This document shows, piece by piece, positions 20,454-33,030 of a stretch of DNA of 64,000 bases. Position numbers and translations under genes: made by a program. Numbering within the stretch: position 1 is the first letter of the stretch; each line of letters begins with the position of its first letter. Below the pieces are notes generated by a model. It saw only the letters and a list, made by a program, of their open reading frames with translations, made no database searches and was not told the origin of the DNA. Origin of the DNA: Thermococcus sp. JdFR-02 (GTDB lineage Archaea; Methanobacteriota_B; Thermococci; Thermococcales; Thermococcaceae); contig MTLP01000002.1 of the NCBI GenBank assembly GCA_002009975.1, positions 34,795 through 98,794 on the forward strand, read 5' to 3'.

Positions 20454-21379
20454 TCTTCACCACTAAAGTAAGATTCAAAGGCTTCGACATATTTAAACCC
20501 ATCGTCTGGGAATATCAAAACATAAACTCCCTTTCCATACTTCTCCCTAACCTTCCCAAAGGCTTTAACAACTGCACCAGAGCTTAACCCTATTAAAAGC
20601 CCTTCTTTTCTTGCTATCTCTATTGAGCCCTCTATAGCCTCCTTCCTTGTCACCTCAATTACCTCATCAACATCCACTTGGAAGAACCACTTTGGTTTAG
20701 TTTCTAAGCGCTTTATCCCCGGAATCTTCTCGCCCTGAGCTGGAACGACGCCTATAACAGCTACATCCTTGTATTTCTCTTTGAAGTGCTTTGCTATACC
20801 TCCAATGTGCCCGGAAGTACCAATACCTGCTATAATTACATTTGGCTTTTTCCCTATGCTCTTTAACTGCTCATCAATTTCTTTTGCCGTAATTTTGTAG
20901 TGAACCTCAAAGTTGTCATCGTTTTCAAATTGGTTGAGGTTTACAGCATTAGCTTTCTCAGCCTCTTTTTTAACAAAGTTTACCATCTCTGGATCTATTG
21001 TTTCAAACTCCGTTTTAACCACTTCAGCACCAAGAACTTTAAGCAAGATTTGTGTTGTTTGTGGTGTTGGCTTTGGGAGATAAACTCTAAACTTAATTCC
21101 AAGTATGTTTGATAAGGAAGCCATTGCAATTCCAACGTTTCCAGAGGTGGCTTCATAGAGTTTATCCTTCAGATCACCCCGCTTTTTAGCCTTCATTAGC
21201 ATGTTCCAAACTGCTCTATCTTTTATGCTCTTGCTGTAGGGGTTGAAAAATTCAAGCTTTGCAAATACCTCCTGCTCATCAGTTGATAATCTTGAAAGCT
21301 TTACCATGGGAGTGGGCCAACCAGCTTCGAGCAAATCTAAGGTACTTCCAAAAATATTTGTGCATTTCATTTCTCTCAC
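20450..21379 (-). CDS. Cysteine synthase family PLP enzyme
   Basis: KLEFFNPYSKSIKDR, TSGN, GTSGH, GLSSGA, FPDDG.KY. Confidence 0.85.
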   Translation of the reverse strand: MREMKCTNIFGSTLDLLEAGWPTPMVKLSRLSTDEQEVFAKLEFFNPYSKSIKDRAVWNMLMKAKKRGDLKDKLYEATSGNVGIAMASLSNILGIKFRVYLPKPTPQTTQILLKVLGAEVVKTEFETIDPEMVNFVKKEAEKANAVNLNQFENDDNFEVHYKITAKEIDEQLKSIGKKPNVIIAGIGTSGHIGGIAKHFKEKYKDVAVIGVVPAQGEKIPGIKRLETKPKWFFQVDVDEVIEVTRKEAIEGSIEIARKEGLLIGLSSGAVVKAFGKVREKYGKGVYVLIFPDDGFKYVEAFESYFSGEE

Positions 21380-21471
21380 CTAAACTTTGCTCTGTATAAG
21401 TGCTTTAAAAAGAAGCGATTGCGGCAAAAGGTTACTCATAACAAAAGTCAAAATTGAAAATAGCACCCAAA

Positions 21472-22086
21472 TCAAACAAATCTGCTTACTTCCTCAACAC
21501 TTTTTCTTCTTTTCCTTGGAATTTCTTCTCTTGCTGAATATCCAACTGTAATAAGCCCAACTAAGAAATATTTTTCATCCAAGCCAGCTATCTCCTTAAG
21601 CTCTTCTTCTATATATGGAAAGTTTGCTACTCCAATATAACAAGTCCCCAAGTCTAGCTCAACGGCTTTTAGCATTAGGTTTTGTATAGCCATTGCCGCA
21701 CTTTCAATTGCCCAATAAAACTCCAACTCACTATATTTCTCGCACTTTAAGACATTAATCTCTTTGTTTATGAAAACTCCGATGTAAACTGGTGCTTTAT
21801 ACATGCCCTCCTCGAACCTCTGCTTTAGTTTTTTCATCTTCTCCTCTGATAAGCCTCTGTTTTTGTAATACTCTAAATGACCTTCCAAAATTAGCTTGTA
21901 AACCTTTTCTCTAACTTCTTCGCTTTTATATATAACAAAGAGCCAATTTTCTAAGCCACTTGCCGTTGGAGCCCTTATTGCAGCTTCGATAAGCTCCTTT
22001 AATTTTTCCTTCTCAACTTCTCGCTCTTGATAAAACCTCACAGAAGCGCGTTTGTTTATAGCTTCGCTCAATTCCATACAATTCAC
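21472..22086 (-). CDS. Nitroreductase family protein
   Basis: RASVRFY, APTASGLENW, QNLML.A..LDLGTC. Confidence 0.88.
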   Translation of the reverse strand: MNCMELSEAINKRASVRFYQEREVEKEKLKELIEAAIRAPTASGLENWLFVIYKSEEVREKVYKLILEGHLEYYKNRGLSEEKMKKLKQRFEEGMYKAPVYIGVFINKEINVLKCEKYSELEFYWAIESAAMAIQNLMLKAVELDLGTCYIGVANFPYIEEELKEIAGLDEKYFLVGLITVGYSAREEIPRKRRKSVEEVSRFV

Positions 22087-22183
22087 CGATTAACGTCAAA
22101 ATTTTACTTTATATTAATTTTTTGAAAACCAAAGGTTTATTGCATGGGATAAAGTTATATAGCGTAGGAAAGAGTCTCTTTAG

Positions 22184-22906
22184 GTGAAAAAAATGTATGG
22201 CTGGAGAGGTAGAGTCGGTTTGATAGTCCCTTCATCAAACACAACAATGGAAATGGAGTTACATGAAGCTCTTCCAGAGGGAGTCTCACTTCACACCTCA
22301 CGCATGCCTCTAAGGGAAGTTACCGAAGAGGAATTAATAAAAATGAGTGCTTTAGCTGTGGAGAGTGCAAGGCTTCTAAGAGATGCCCAAGTGGATCTAA
22401 TCCTTTATGGATGTACAAGTGGCAGTTTCATTGGTGGAATCGATTTTGAAAAGGAAATTGAAGAAAAGATAGAGCGTGAAGTTAATACTCCTGTAATCAC
22501 CACAAGCTCTGCTGTTATTGAAGCGTTGAGAATTTTAGATGCCCAGCAAATTATCGTAATAACCCCTTATACCAATGATATAAATCAAAGGGAGAGGGAG
22601 TTTCTAGAATCCAATGAATTTGAAGTTCTCGATATTAGAGGCATAGGAATTGTAGAAAACACAAAAATTGGAAAGCTTGAGCCCTATGAAGCTTATAGAA
22701 TGGCTAAAGCAATGTTTATGGAGGAGGCTGATGCTGTTTTTATAAGCTGCACTAATTTTAGGACTTTTGAAATAATTGAACCTTTAGAGCAGGATTTGGG
22801 AATTCCTGTCGTTACAAGCAATCAAGCATCCTTATGGCTAGCTCTGAGAGAGCTGGATGTAATGGAGAAAATCCCATGGCTTGGGAAGCTTTTAACAGAG
22901 TTTTAG
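22184..22906 (+). CDS. Maleate cis-trans isomerase / Asp-Glu racemase family
   Basis: VPSSNTTME, YGCTSGS, ISCTNF, TSNQA. Confidence 0.85.
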   Translation: MKKMYGWRGRVGLIVPSSNTTMEMELHEALPEGVSLHTSRMPLREVTEEELIKMSALAVESARLLRDAQVDLILYGCTSGSFIGGIDFEKEIEEKIEREVNTPVITTSSAVIEALRILDAQQIIVITPYTNDINQREREFLESNEFEVLDIRGIGIVENTKIGKLEPYEAYRMAKAMFMEEADAVFISCTNFRTFEIIEPLEQDLGIPVVTSNQASLWLALRELDVMEKIPWLGKLLTEF

Positions 22907-22963
22907 CACTCCATACACCATGGAAAAATTTTTAAATCGAACTTCAGTTTATTACTTAGCTAT

Positions 22964-22980
22964 ATTCACCGAGGGTGATA
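22964..22980. promoter_or_regulatory. TGM operator downstream of the pfk TATA box
   Basis: ATTCAC-CGAGG-GTGATA between TTTTTAAA (~22929-22936) and ATG 22985; typical repressor position for glycolytic genes. Confidence 0.6.
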
Positions 22981-22984
22981 TAAT

Positions 22985-24376
22985 ATGACAACGTGGCAGG
23001 AGTTTATCAAAGATTTCAGTGAGATGAGCATTTTTCTTGCTTATAACATCAATGTAGATGCGATAAAGGTGCTTAGGAGTGAGGATATTCAAAAGCTCAT
23101 AGATGAGTTTGGTGCTGATAAGATCAAAAAGAGGCTTGATGAATATCCAAGGGAGATAAATGAGCCTTTAGATTTTGTTGCAAGATTAGTTCATGCTTTA
23201 AAAACAGGGAAGCCAAATGCTGTCCCCCTAATGAATCCAGAGCTAAATTCATGGTTTGATTCCAAGTTCAAATATGAAACTGAGAGAATAGGTGGACAAG
23301 TGGGAATTATAGCAAATCTCCTAGCAAATTTGAACTTTAAGAGAGTTATAGCATACTCTCCTGTTTTGTCTAAAAAGCAGGCTACAATGTTCGTCCATAG
23401 AAAAAATCTTCTGTACCCTATTATCGAAGATGGAAAGCTTTCCTTAAAGATGCCACTCGAAGCCTACCGCGAAGATGATCCATTAAAAATTAATCGTATT
23501 TTTGAGTTTAGAAAGGGAACAGTCTTCAAGTTGGGCAGTGAAACAATTGAAGTTCCCTTTTCTGGGCGTTTTATAGTATCATCTCGTCCAGAAAGTGTTA
23601 GGATTGAGATTAAAGAACATTTGAAGCCTTTTCTTCCCGAAATTGGTGAGATGGTTGATGGAGCTATTCTTTCAGGATATCAGGGAATAAAAGAACACTA
23701 CAGTGATGGAAAAACCGCTGATTATTATTTTGAGAAAGCCAAGGAAGATATAAGGCTTTTAAAGAAGAACAAAGATGTGAAAGTCCACGTTGAATTTGCA
23801 TCCATTCAAAATAAGAAGATAAGAAAGAAGGTTGTTAAAGAAATCTTTCCATTAGCCGACAGTGTAGGAATGGATGAAGCAGAAATTGCTCACGTTCTTA
23901 ACGTTTTAGGCTATCCAGAGCTTAGCGATAGAATTTTTAATTACAACAGGATTCATGACGTCGTTTTAGGAGGAAAAATTATCCTCGATGAAGCTAACCT
24001 CGAAATCCTCCAGATTCACACCATCTATTATCTTATGTACATTACAAGAAGAGAAAATCCACTAAGCGAAGAAGAGCTTAGGAGTTCTCTAGAGCTTGCA
24101 ACAACTTTAGCCGCTACAAGAGCTTTCCTTGGAGATATAAGAAACCCAGGGGACATTAAAGTTGGAACAAAGATACCATATAACGAGCAAGGGGAGTTTG
24201 TAAAGCTTAGGTTTGAAGAAGCAAAGAGAAGGTTGAGAAGCAAGGAATATAAAATAGTGCTGATACCAACGAGATTGGTCAAGAATCCAGTAAACACCGT
24301 TGGATTGGGAGATACCATATCCGCTGGAGCATTTACGAGCTATTTAGCTCTTCTCCGAGAAAAGGGTCTCTACTAA
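22985..24376 (+). CDS. pfkC: ADP-dependent phosphofructokinase
   Basis: [30 protein letters not shown]. Confidence 0.92.
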   Translation: MTTWQEFIKDFSEMSIFLAYNINVDAIKVLRSEDIQKLIDEFGADKIKKRLDEYPREINEPLDFVARLVHALKTGKPNAVPLMNPELNSWFDSKFKYETERIGGQVGIIANLLANLNFKRVIAYSPVLSKKQATMFVHRKNLLYPIIEDGKLSLKMPLEAYREDDPLKINRIFEFRKGTVFKLGSETIEVPFSGRFIVSSRPESVRIEIKEHLKPFLPEIGEMVDGAILSGYQGIKEHYSDGKTADYYFEKAKEDIRLLKKNKDVKVHVEFASIQNKKIRKKVVKEIFPLADSVGMDEAEIAHVLNVLGYPELSDRIFNYNRIHDVVLGGKIILDEANLEILQIHTIYYLMYITRRENPLSEEELRSSLELATTLAATRAFLGDIRNPGDIKVGTKIPYNEQGEFVKLRFEEAKRRLRSKEYKIVLIPTRLVKNPVNTVGLGDTISAGAFTSYLALLREKGLY

Positions 24377-25186
24377 CTTAGCCTTTTCTTGGGCTTTTCT
24401 CAAATGCTCTACAGTGACTTTTGTATAAATTTGTGTCGTTGAAAGGTTTGAATGACCCAAAATCTCTTGAATTGCCCTTATATCAACGCCACTTTCGAGC
24501 ATATGTGTTGCAAAGCTGTGCCTTAAGACGTGGGGAGTAACACTAACACCAGCTCTTTTTCCATATTTCTTTAAAATGTACCAAACGGTTTTGGTGGATA
24601 TCCTATCCTTCTTTTCTCTTCTCTCCTCGACAAAGAGATATTCACTTTCATCTTCCCTGCTGTCTAAATAAGATTTTATTTCCTCAATGATGGGTTTTGG
24701 AATAGGAACTACTCTATCTTTAGCACCCTTTCCACTCCTAACAACTATCAAAGAGCGCTCGAAGTCAATATCAGAAATTTTCAAATTGCATAGCTCTCCA
24801 ACTCTTAAACCACTTGTATAGAGAAGCAAGACAATTAGGCGATCCCTTTTCTTAGTTGGAGGTATAACACTAACCAGCTTTTTTACTTCTTCTCTTCTCA
24901 AGCTCTTTGGTAAGCTCTTTGGGACTTTCGGTGATTTTAACTTTGCAGCTTCATCTTCAAGTCCTTCAAACCTAAAGTATGCTTTCAAAGCCTGAACAAC
25001 CAAATTTAAACTTCTATTTGAATAACCCTCCCTCTTTAACTTTGCTAAAAACCTTAAAGCAGAGCGTGCTGTTAAGTCATTCCCTTCTTTAAGAAAACGA
25101 CTAACGTAATAAGAATACATTCTTACAGTATGTTTGCTCTTTCCCTCAAGCTCAAGATGCATCTCAAAATCGTCCATCGTCACCAC
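24344..25186 (-). CDS. xerA: Chromosomal tyrosine recombinase XerA
   Basis: [35 protein letters not shown]; core-genome context. Confidence 0.88.
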   Translation of the reverse strand: MVTMDDFEMHLELEGKSKHTVRMYSYYVSRFLKEGNDLTARSALRFLAKLKREGYSNRSLNLVVQALKAYFRFEGLEDEAAKLKSPKVPKSLPKSLRREEVKKLVSVIPPTKKRDRLIVLLLYTSGLRVGELCNLKISDIDFERSLIVVRSGKGAKDRVVPIPKPIIEEIKSYLDSREDESEYLFVEERREKKDRISTKTVWYILKKYGKRAGVSVTPHVLRHSFATHMLESGVDIRAIQEILGHSNLSTTQIYTKVTVEHLRKAQEKAKLVETLFSEKS

Positions 25187-25204
25187 AAAAAGAAAATTGT
25201 AAGA

Positions 25205-26035
25205 CTAAAGCTCAATAGTGCCCTCAATAGGTTCTACTTCCTTTGGCTCTTCTTTCTTTTCCTGCTCAACAAATGAGAGGCTTAAGTAAACTGTTTTAAG
25301 CAAATCCCTTACTGTTTCTTCATCTTCGGCATAAATATATCCCTGCCCAACTATGACCTTTCCAGCCAAGTTTAGCCTTTCTACAGCCCTAGCAAGATAT
25401 TTTTCCTCTGGAAGTGGAGCTTCCCCAAAAAGCTCCTTCCAAAGCTCTGCCAACTTGAAAATGTTTGCTTTCTTTTCTAAGAGCAATACTAAGTTTTCAT
25501 TCTCGCTCTTTAGCTTTACGTATTCATCTTCAAGCTTATTGTATCTCTTTTGCAATTCTTCGAAATTCCTTTTAAGTTCACCATTCTCATGCAAAGCTGC
25601 TTCATACTTGCCCTTAAGGTCTAGAAGTTCGTTTCTCAATGCCATATACTCTGGCAAGATTTGAAGGCTCTTTAGCCCAGCTCTCACTAAAGTGTTCTTT
25701 ATTTCTTTTCTAACTAGTTCTACGTCAATATGCTCTAAATCATGACCTAATGGGATTTTCATCCTCTCTACATGTCCAACTAATTCACTGATTTCAGAAA
25801 AAAGACGCTCTGCTAACTCCCTTCCAACCCTATCCGCATCTGTTGCTATTATGAGTAAATCTGCTCCAGCAGCAGCACTTTTTGCAATCTCCAAGTTTGT
25901 AGTTGGAATTATTGCAGAGATGGTTATGTTGTATTCGCTTCCTAATGCTAAACCTTGAAGAGCTTTACTTACAACCTCAACATCACTCGCCCCTTCAACC
26001 AAAATTCTAACATCAACTATTGTCATTCCAAGCAC
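25205..26035 (-). CDS. Toprim domain protein with coiled coil
   Basis: ILVEGASD, ATDADRVG. Confidence 0.8.
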   Translation of the reverse strand: MLGMTIVDVRILVEGASDVEVVSKALQGLALGSEYNITISAIIPTTNLEIAKSAAAGADLLIIATDADRVGRELAERLFSEISELVGHVERMKIPLGHDLEHIDVELVRKEIKNTLVRAGLKSLQILPEYMALRNELLDLKGKYEAALHENGELKRNFEELQKRYNKLEDEYVKLKSENENLVLLLEKKANIFKLAELWKELFGEAPLPEEKYLARAVERLNLAGKVIVGQGYIYAEDEETVRDLLKTVYLSLSFVEQEKKEEPKEVEPIEGTIEL

Positions 26036-26185
26036 CTCTCAGCTTTGGGGTGTTACCCCTAAATGATTATGAGCTTTAAGATGCTTAAAAATTCTCGCAT
26101 TTTAAAATTTGGATAAAATATCCAATGTAAAACTTAACCTTTAGTTATGTAAAAGGTTTTTATAGGCTTAGAACATAGCTAAGCA

Positions 26186-27883
26186 ATGGTGGTGTTAATG
26201 ACTTTCGATAAAGAAAAGCTTGATGAGATTAAAAAAGCCGAGCAAGAGTGGGAAGAAAAAACAGTCAAACCTCTAATCCAAAAGAGACCTGAGAGAAAAG
26301 AAAAGTTTCATACTGATAGCGGATTTGAGGTTAAAAGAGTTTATACTCCAGCAGATTTAGGAGATTGGGATTATATGGAAAAACTCGGCTTTCCAGGTCA
26401 GTATCCCTTTACAAGGGGAGTTTACCCAACCATGTATAGGGGAAGATTCTGGACGATGAGACAATATGCAGGTTATGCAACTGCAGAAGAAAGCAACAAA
26501 AGATACAAATACCTTTTAGAGCAGGGGCAAACAGGTTTAAGTGTAGCTTTTGATTTACCAACCCAATTGGGTTATGATTCTGATCATCCAATGTCCGAAG
26601 GTGAAGTTGGTAAAGTAGGTGTTGCAATTGATTCACTTTGGGATATGGAAATTCTTTTTGATGGAATTCCCTTGGATAAGGTTTCAACTTCAATGACCAT
26701 TAATTCAACCGCTGCTAATTTGTTAGCCTTTTACATACTTGTAGCAGAGAAGCAGGGAGTTGCTCAAGGTGTTTTAAGAGGAACAGTTCAAAACGACATC
26801 CTAAAGGAATACATTGCGAGGGGAACTTACATATTCCCACCGCAGCCTTCTATGCGTTTAACAACTGATATAATAATGTACTGTGCCGAAAACGTTCCAA
26901 AATGGAACCCCATTTCAATCAGCGGTTATCATATTAGGGAAGCCGGGGCAACAGCTATTCAAGAAGTAGCCTTCACCTTAGCAGATGGAATTGAATACGT
27001 TAAAGCCGTTATTGAGAGAGGAATGGACGTTGATAAATTCGCCCCAAGATTGAGCTTCTTCTTTGCAGCACACAACAACTTTCTTGAAGAGATCGCAAAG
27101 TTTAGAGCCGCAAGAAGGCTTTGGGCAAAAATTATGAAAGAGAAGTTTGGTGCAAAGAATCCAAAGTCAATGCTCTTAAGATTCCACACCCAAACAGGAG
27201 GCTCAACTTTAACAGCTCAACAACCAGAGAACAATATCGTTAGAGTAGCAATACAAGCATTAGCCGCTGTACTTGGAGGAACACAAAGTTTGCACACGAA
27301 TAGCTATGATGAAGCTTTATCATTGCCAACTGAAAAGAGCGTTAGAATAGCTTTGAGAACACAGCAGATAATAGCCTATGAAAGCGGTGTTGCAGACACT
27401 GTAGATCCATTAGCAGGGAGCTACTATATCGAGTGGCTAACTGATCATATTGAAGAAGAAGCCATGAAGTACATAGAGAAGATTGAGGGAATGGGCGGAA
27501 TGATGAAGGCAATTGAAAGAGGATACATTCAAAAGGAAATTGCAGACTCTGCATATAGGTTCCAGAAAGAGGTTGAGGAAAAGAAGAGGATAATTGTCGG
27601 TGTCAATGCATTTACGGTTGATGAACCAGTAGATGTTGAAATACTTAAAGTTGATCCAAGCATAAGGGAGAAGCAAATTGAAAGATTGAAGAAGCTTAGA
27701 AGCGAGAGAGATAACAAGAAAGTCCAAGAAGCTCTGGATATGCTAAGAAAAGCAGCAGAAAAGGATGACGTTAATTTAATGCCTTACATAATCGAAGCCC
27801 ATAGACACTTAGCCACATTAGGAGAAGTTACCAACGTTTTGAGAGAAGTTTGGGGAGAGTATAGAGCTCCCTTAATCTTCTGA
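26186..27883 (+). CDS. Methylmalonyl-CoA mutase, substrate-binding subunit
   Basis: [29 protein letters not shown]. Confidence 0.93.
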   Translation: MVVLMTFDKEKLDEIKKAEQEWEEKTVKPLIQKRPERKEKFHTDSGFEVKRVYTPADLGDWDYMEKLGFPGQYPFTRGVYPTMYRGRFWTMRQYAGYATAEESNKRYKYLLEQGQTGLSVAFDLPTQLGYDSDHPMSEGEVGKVGVAIDSLWDMEILFDGIPLDKVSTSMTINSTAANLLAFYILVAEKQGVAQGVLRGTVQNDILKEYIARGTYIFPPQPSMRLTTDIIMYCAENVPKWNPISISGYHIREAGATAIQEVAFTLADGIEYVKAVIERGMDVDKFAPRLSFFFAAHNNFLEEIAKFRAARRLWAKIMKEKFGAKNPKSMLLRFHTQTGGSTLTAQQPENNIVRVAIQALAAVLGGTQSLHTNSYDEALSLPTEKSVRIALRTQQIIAYESGVADTVDPLAGSYYIEWLTDHIEEEAMKYIEKIEGMGGMMKAIERGYIQKEIADSAYRFQKEVEEKKRIIVGVNAFTVDEPVDVEILKVDPSIREKQIERLKKLRSERDNKKVQEALDMLRKAAEKDDVNLMPYIIEAHRHLATLGEVTNVLREVWGEYRAPLIF

Positions 27884-27997
27884 TCTTTCACATTTTTCTC
27901 AATTTTAAAAGCTTTAATATTTCTTTGAATGCCCTTTTACTCAAATCTAAACATTTTTATAGTTTCTCATGGTGAGTAAAATAAGAGGGGTGAAAGA

Positions 27998-28597
27998 ATG
28001 AGTTGGAAAAGAGGTGCTTATCCAGAGTTCACACTCGAAGATGCTATCGCAACTCTTTTCTTGTTAACGACTCCAAAAGGGAGGAAACAGATTTCTGAAG
28101 AACTAGATTTAGGAGAGGGGAGCGTTAGAACATTACTAAAGAAGCTGAGCAATTTAAACTTGCTTGAGTCTAAACAAAGGGGGCACTATTTAAACGAAAA
28201 AGGTATGGAGGTTTATAAAGCGATATCAAAGCTTTTCTCTGAGCCTGTTGAAGTTAAAAGCATAGATAACTTACCCACCTATGCTACAGTTGTAAAGAAT
28301 CCTCCAAATTTTAAGAGCATAGAGCTTAGAGATGAAGCCATCAGGTTTTTTGCAAAGGGAGCCATGATTTTAGTATGCAAAAACAACGATGTGATTTTCC
28401 CTGAAGATGGAAGATTATTGAGTGAGACACTTCCAGAACTAAGTGAGGATTTAAGAAAGCTCTCTCCAAGAGAAGGAGATTTAATAGTTGTGACCTGGGC
28501 AGAAAAGAGGGCAAACGCTATAAAGAGTGCGATACATGTTGCTTTAACTCTCAAAAAGAAAGAACTTCCTATGGAAATCATAAATCTAACGAGGTGA
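27998..28597 (+). CDS. HTH / DUF4443-type protein
   Basis: GRKQISEELDLGEGSVRT HTH; LRDEAIR.GA motif. Confidence 0.7.
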   Translation: MSWKRGAYPEFTLEDAIATLFLLTTPKGRKQISEELDLGEGSVRTLLKKLSNLNLLESKQRGHYLNEKGMEVYKAISKLFSEPVEVKSIDNLPTYATVVKNPPNFKSIELRDEAIRFFAKGAMILVCKNNDVIFPEDGRLLSETLPELSEDLRKLSPREGDLIVVTWAEKRANAIKSAIHVALTLKKKELPMEIINLTR

Positions 28598-28601
28598 ACG
28601 G

Positions 28602-29243
28602 ATGAGCAGGATAATTCTCGCATTGGATGTCTATGAAAAAGAAAAAGCTTTGAAAATCGCGAGAGAGACAAGGGACTATCTTTGGGCGATAAAGATCAAT
28701 TGGCCCTTAATCTTAGGGAGCGGGTTAGGTATCGTTAAAGAACTCAAGAAAGAAACCAAATTGCCAATTATTGGAGATTTTAAAGTTGCAGATATCCCCA
28801 ATACCAACAGACTTATAGCAAAGAAAGCTTTTGAAGCTGGAGTGGATTACATAATAGTTCATGGATTCGTTGGAAGAGATAGCGTAGAAGCTGTAATGGA
28901 AGAAGGAAAAACGATAATAGTTGTTGAGATGAGCCATGAAGGTGCCAAGCAATTTATCCAGCCCATTACAGATGAACTTATCGAGCTTGCAAATGAATTA
29001 AATCCCTTTGGGGTCATTGCTCCAGCAACAAGACCAGAGAGAGTTAGATATATACGAAAAAAGCTCGATAGGAGCATAAAGATTTTAACTCCAGGAGTAG
29101 GAGCACAGGGAGGAAAAGCATTGGAAGCTTTAAAAGCTGGTGCAGATTATATCATAATTGGAAGGAGCATTTACAAAAGCGACAATCCGAGGGAAAGTGC
29201 TAAGATCATTTGGGAGGAGATAGAAAATGGAGTTAAAAGTTAG
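28602..29243 (+). CDS. pyrF: Orotidine-5'-phosphate decarboxylase
   Basis: ALD, DFKVADIPNT, TPGVGAQGG, GRSIY. Confidence 0.95.
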   Translation: MSRIILALDVYEKEKALKIARETRDYLWAIKINWPLILGSGLGIVKELKKETKLPIIGDFKVADIPNTNRLIAKKAFEAGVDYIIVHGFVGRDSVEAVMEEGKTIIVVEMSHEGAKQFIQPITDELIELANELNPFGVIAPATRPERVRYIRKKLDRSIKILTPGVGAQGGKALEALKAGADYIIIGRSIYKSDNPRESAKIIWEEIENGVKS

Positions 29244-29748
29244 GAGGTTCTTGAGCAAGAAAGAGATCAAGCAAATAACAAGAGAGATGGCAAAAATTTT
29301 TGGAGAGGAAGTTGCTGATAGACTTATAAGAAAGAAAGATGATGTCGAAATTGCTGAGCTGGATAAGCTGACCCAAATAATATTCGTGAATGGAAAGGCT
29401 ATGTTCATAAAGAGAGAGAACCTTGTTTTTCCACTTGTTATAGCCTTGTATGAACTTTCCAATGAAGAGGATCTAAGGAATTGGAAGAGAAGGGTTGTTG
29501 TTGACCAAGGCGCTATCCCTTACATTTTAAACGGTGCCGACGTTATGGCACCAGGAATCGTTGATGCAGATGAGGAGATAAAAGAGGGAGACTTTGTTTT
29601 TGTAATTGAAGAGCAGTTTGGAAGACCTTTAGCAATTGGAATAGCTTTAATGAGCGGTAAAGAAATGAAAGAGAAGAATAAGGGAAAAGCGGTAAAGGTA
29701 ATTCATCATGCAAAGGATAAGATATGGGAGCTAACGGTGAGAGCATGA
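29227..29748 (+). CDS. PUA-domain RNA-binding protein
   Basis: [17 protein letters not shown]. Confidence 0.85.
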   Translation: MELKVRRFLSKKEIKQITREMAKIFGEEVADRLIRKKDDVEIAELDKLTQIIFVNGKAMFIKRENLVFPLVIALYELSNEEDLRNWKRRVVVDQGAIPYILNGADVMAPGIVDADEEIKEGDFVFVIEEQFGRPLAIGIALMSGKEMKEKNKGKAVKVIHHAKDKIWELTVRA

Positions 29749-30191
29749 AAGAGAGCAAGAAAATTCGGGTCGTGGTGGGAGGAGTATTTGACCTGCTTCA
29801 TGTTGGTCATATTCACTTTTTAACTCAAGCAAAAAAGCTTGGAGATGAGCTAATAGTTATCGTTGCCCATGATGATACTGTAAAAAAGAGAAAGGGTAGA
29901 CCTCCAATAAACTCCATGCATGAGAGAGCAGAAGTTTTAAGAGCTTTAAAGCCTGTGGATGAAGTTGTTATAGGAGATCCAAATGAAATAAGCTTTGAAC
30001 TAATAAAAAAACTAAGCCCAGATATCATTGCATTGGGTCCAGATCAAGACTTTAATGAGATAAAATTGAAGGAAGAGCTTAAGAGGCATGGGATAAAAGC
30101 AGAGGTCATAAGGATCCCATACTTATACAAAAGTGACATTGCAAAAACAAGCAAAATAATAAAAAGGATAATAGAAACTTTCTGTGACTGA
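29745..30191 (+). CDS. ribL: Archaeal FAD synthase (cytidylyltransferase family)
   Basis: [20 protein letters not shown]; start placed at ATG 29745. Confidence 0.8.
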   Translation: MKESKKIRVVVGGVFDLLHVGHIHFLTQAKKLGDELIVIVAHDDTVKKRKGRPPINSMHERAEVLRALKPVDEVVIGDPNEISFELIKKLSPDIIALGPDQDFNEIKLKEELKRHGIKAEVIRIPYLYKSDIAKTSKIIKRIIETFCD

Positions 30192-30245
30192 GTTTTAGCA
30201 TCTTATTTAATGAAAGCTCTGATTTTAGAGGGTTATTTAATGAGC

Positions 30246-30575
30246 CTAAAGTCTGAACTTTTCCATATAACTCCTTAAAAGCTCTGGATTTTCTCTATCC
30301 ACGACGCTTAATAGCTCATCAAACTTTCTCTCGCCGATAGCTTTCTTTAGGTAATAATAAAGGTTAACAGCATCTTCAACTATGTTACTCTGCCTCCTCC
30401 CCTCTTCACCGTAAAGTTCAATAAGCTTTAGGTTCGTGTCAAGGCTTATGTAGAGGGTTTTTTGCTTTTTAACTTTCTTTAGGTCTTCTCTTCTCGCTTT
30501 CTCTTCCTTTTTTGCTGGTTTGGTTAGTTCATCAACAGAACCTGCAAAGAGTTTTGGGATTTTATCTCTCGACAA
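30246..30575 (-). CDS. RHH/CopG-like protein downstream of parA
   Basis: QKTLYIS...[13 protein letters not shown] pattern. Confidence 0.65.
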   Translation of the reverse strand: MSRDKIPKLFAGSVDELTKPAKKEEKARREDLKKVKKQKTLYISLDTNLKLIELYGEEGRRQSNIVEDAVNLYYYLKKAIGERKFDELLSVVDRENPELLRSYMEKFRL

Positions 30576-31332
30576 GATTAATCACCTCATTTGCCAATTT
30601 TAAAAATGCCTTTGAAGCTCTTCCATTTGGTTCAAACTCAAATATACTAACTCCTTGAGATTGAGCTTTTTCTAAGGCTATTGATTTTGGAATTGTAGTT
30701 AAAAGCGGTGCATTTGGATATGCTCCTTTAAGCTCCTTTAATCTAGTTGCTGGAACTTTCGTCTGTTTTGTATATTTGTTAGGAACCAATCCAAGAAGAG
30801 AGAGATTTTCATTTGTTTCCTCTCTTATCATCCTCATTAAGTTAAACATTAACTGCATACCTATTACTCCGAAGTAGCTCAATTCTAGAGGTATTAGAAC
30901 GTAATCAGAGCTCGTTAATGAGTTTACAAGAAATATTCCCATACTTGGAGGATTGTCGATAAGTATATAATCATAATCAGGTAGTATTGGCTTTAATGCC
31001 TTTTCTAACCTTCTCTCCCTGTTATAAGCGTTTATTATCTCAATTTCCTTAGCAGAGAGATTAAGGTGTGATGGTATTAAGTGCAGGTTTCCATTTAGCT
31101 CTATTATTGTGCTATAAACATCACTCTCTCTTGTCAACAAAGTACCAACATTGCTTTCTTCACATTTTAGCACATCCATTCCTATTAAACCAAATGTCAA
31201 GTTGAACTGTGGATCTATATCTACCAAAAGAACCTTCTTTCCTTTGTTTGCAAGTGCATGACCTAAGTTCATTGCAAGTGTAGTCTTGCCAACTCCTCCC
31301 TTCTGATTGGCTATACTAATAACTGTCGCCAT
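30562..31332 (-). CDS. ParA/Soj family ATPase
   Basis: [19 protein letters not shown]. Confidence 0.9.
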   Translation of the reverse strand: MATVISIANQKGGVGKTTLAMNLGHALANKGKKVLLVDIDPQFNLTFGLIGMDVLKCEESNVGTLLTRESDVYSTIIELNGNLHLIPSHLNLSAKEIEIINAYNRERRLEKALKPILPDYDYILIDNPPSMGIFLVNSLTSSDYVLIPLELSYFGVIGMQLMFNLMRMIREETNENLSLLGLVPNKYTKQTKVPATRLKELKGAYPNAPLLTTIPKSIALEKAQSQGVSIFEFEPNGRASKAFLKLANEVINLVER

Positions 31333-31360
31333 AGAACCACCTAATAAAAAGTGGTAAAAA

Positions 31361-32590
31361 TCAAAGCTCTAATATACCATCAAAGGGTCCTTTTCCAATT
31401 CTAAATCCATTGCTCTTCTTGTCCTCATAAAAGTCAGTGAACAGTTCTGAAAATCCGTTTCTTGATCTGTAAGTGGATCTTTGTCCGAATTGTAGCACGT
31501 TGTCACTTCCTACATTAAATGCTTCTTGACTTCCATAGATGTAAGGTGATTTCACCCCAGTCATAATTAACATTACTCTTACATAGCTCTCAAGGTCTTC
31601 ATCTATCCTTGCTCCCCAGATAATTTCGCTTCTCTTACCCAATCTTTTGTTTACCTCTTCCATAGCCTTGTTTATCTCATCAAGCTTAACATCAGGACCC
31701 ATTGTAAAGTGAACCAAAGCAGCCTTTCCTCCCTTATACTCAACATCGAGCATTCTATTGTTTAAGGCATCTAGAACAGCATCAACTGCTCTGTTCCTTG
31801 AGTTTGACTCGCCAATACCAATTAGAGCAGTTCCCCCATGCTTCATCACGCTATAAACGTCTGCAAAATCGATATTGATCATTGAATCTTGATTTATTGT
31901 CTCGCTCAATCCTTTAACCATCCTTGCAATGACTTCATCGGCAACTCTAAATGCTTGAGTTATAGGAAGATTTGGAACTAAATCCAAAAGCTTGTTGTTG
32001 TCAACAACTATCACAGTGTCAGCATATTGCATTAAAGCCTTTAAACCAGCCCTTGCCTTTTCCAACTTAATCTGCCCTTCCATTTTGAAGGGGAAGGTAA
32101 CTACACCAACGACAAGGGGGTCTTGGTGTCTTCCCTTATTCTTTGCAACTTCCTTCACAATTTTTGCAACAACCGGTGCAGCACCAGTTCCAGTCCCACC
32201 ACCCATTCCAGCTGTTATGAACACCAAGTCTGCACCGTCAACAACGTTTGCTATATCTTGGGCGCTTGCTTCAGCAGCTCTATAAGCTATTTTTGGATCT
32301 CCCCCAGCACCTTTTCCATAGGTAACGTTTGGACCCAAAAGAAGTTTCAAATCAGCTCTCGTTTTTGCCAATTGCTGGGAATCAGTATTCATGGCAATTA
32401 ACTCAGCTCCATGAACACCAATTTGGTGAAGCCGCGTGATCGTGTTATTCCCAGAACCACCAATACCAATAACAACGATCCTTACAGGACTTCGTGGGAA
32501 TTTGCCTTTCTTTTCATTTTGGCTTTCGTCAAAGTTCAAATCAATGCCCGCTTGCTCTAAAAGCTTAAATACCATTTTCATTACCCCCAA
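31361..32590 (-). CDS. ftsZ: Cell division protein FtsZ (FtsZ2-type context)
   Basis: [24 protein letters not shown]. Confidence 0.95.
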   Translation of the reverse strand: MGVMKMVFKLLEQAGIDLNFDESQNEKKGKFPRSPVRIVVIGIGGSGNNTITRLHQIGVHGAELIAMNTDSQQLAKTRADLKLLLGPNVTYGKGAGGDPKIAYRAAEASAQDIANVVDGADLVFITAGMGGGTGTGAAPVVAKIVKEVAKNKGRHQDPLVVGVVTFPFKMEGQIKLEKARAGLKALMQYADTVIVVDNNKLLDLVPNLPITQAFRVADEVIARMVKGLSETINQDSMINIDFADVYSVMKHGGTALIGIGESNSRNRAVDAVLDALNNRMLDVEYKGGKAALVHFTMGPDVKLDEINKAMEEVNKRLGKRSEIIWGARIDEDLESYVRVMLIMTGVKSPYIYGSQEAFNVGSDNVLQFGQRSTYRSRNGFSELFTDFYEDKKSNGFRIGKGPFDGILEL

Positions 32591-32615
32591 ACGAGTTATG
32601 TAATTATTTTAATGC

Positions 32616-32807
32616 TTATTCTACAACATATTCGGGGAGGCTCTTCTCTTCGACCTCTGAACTATAAAGCTCTCTCTTTACCAAATCCCTGATAGCTGCT
32701 CTTATAGCTTCACTCCTATTAGGATAAACACCCCTCTTTACGAGGGCATCGATAGCATTTATAAGCCCTTGAGGTAGTTGAACACTGATGATTTTCATCT
32801 TTGCCAT
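32616..32807 (-). CDS. cdrS: CdrS-like RHH cell division regulator
   Basis: ISVQLP...YPNRSEAIRAAIR immediately upstream of ftsZ. Confidence 0.8.
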   Translation of the reverse strand: MAKMKIISVQLPQGLINAIDALVKRGVYPNRSEAIRAAIRDLVKRELYSSEVEEKSLPEYVVE

Positions 32808-33030
32808 TTCTGCTCCTCCATACCATAAGTGATATTGCTAATACGATAATGCACTTTACTTCGTTAAATACTTTTTCGTGCAAAATAATATCATAATAAT
32901 ATTAAATTCAAAAAATTTTAAGTTCTAATAGCTAAAAACTTAAAAATTTTAAATGTACAGTTTTGACATATCCCTGATTACAAAAAACTATAATAGCGAT
33001 TCATAGTGAACACACAATGGAGGTAATCAC

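Noticed and set aside
24344-25186. Tyrosine recombinase as integrase of a second mobile element
   Set aside because: Canonical XerA motifs, flanked by core genes, no att repeats seen.
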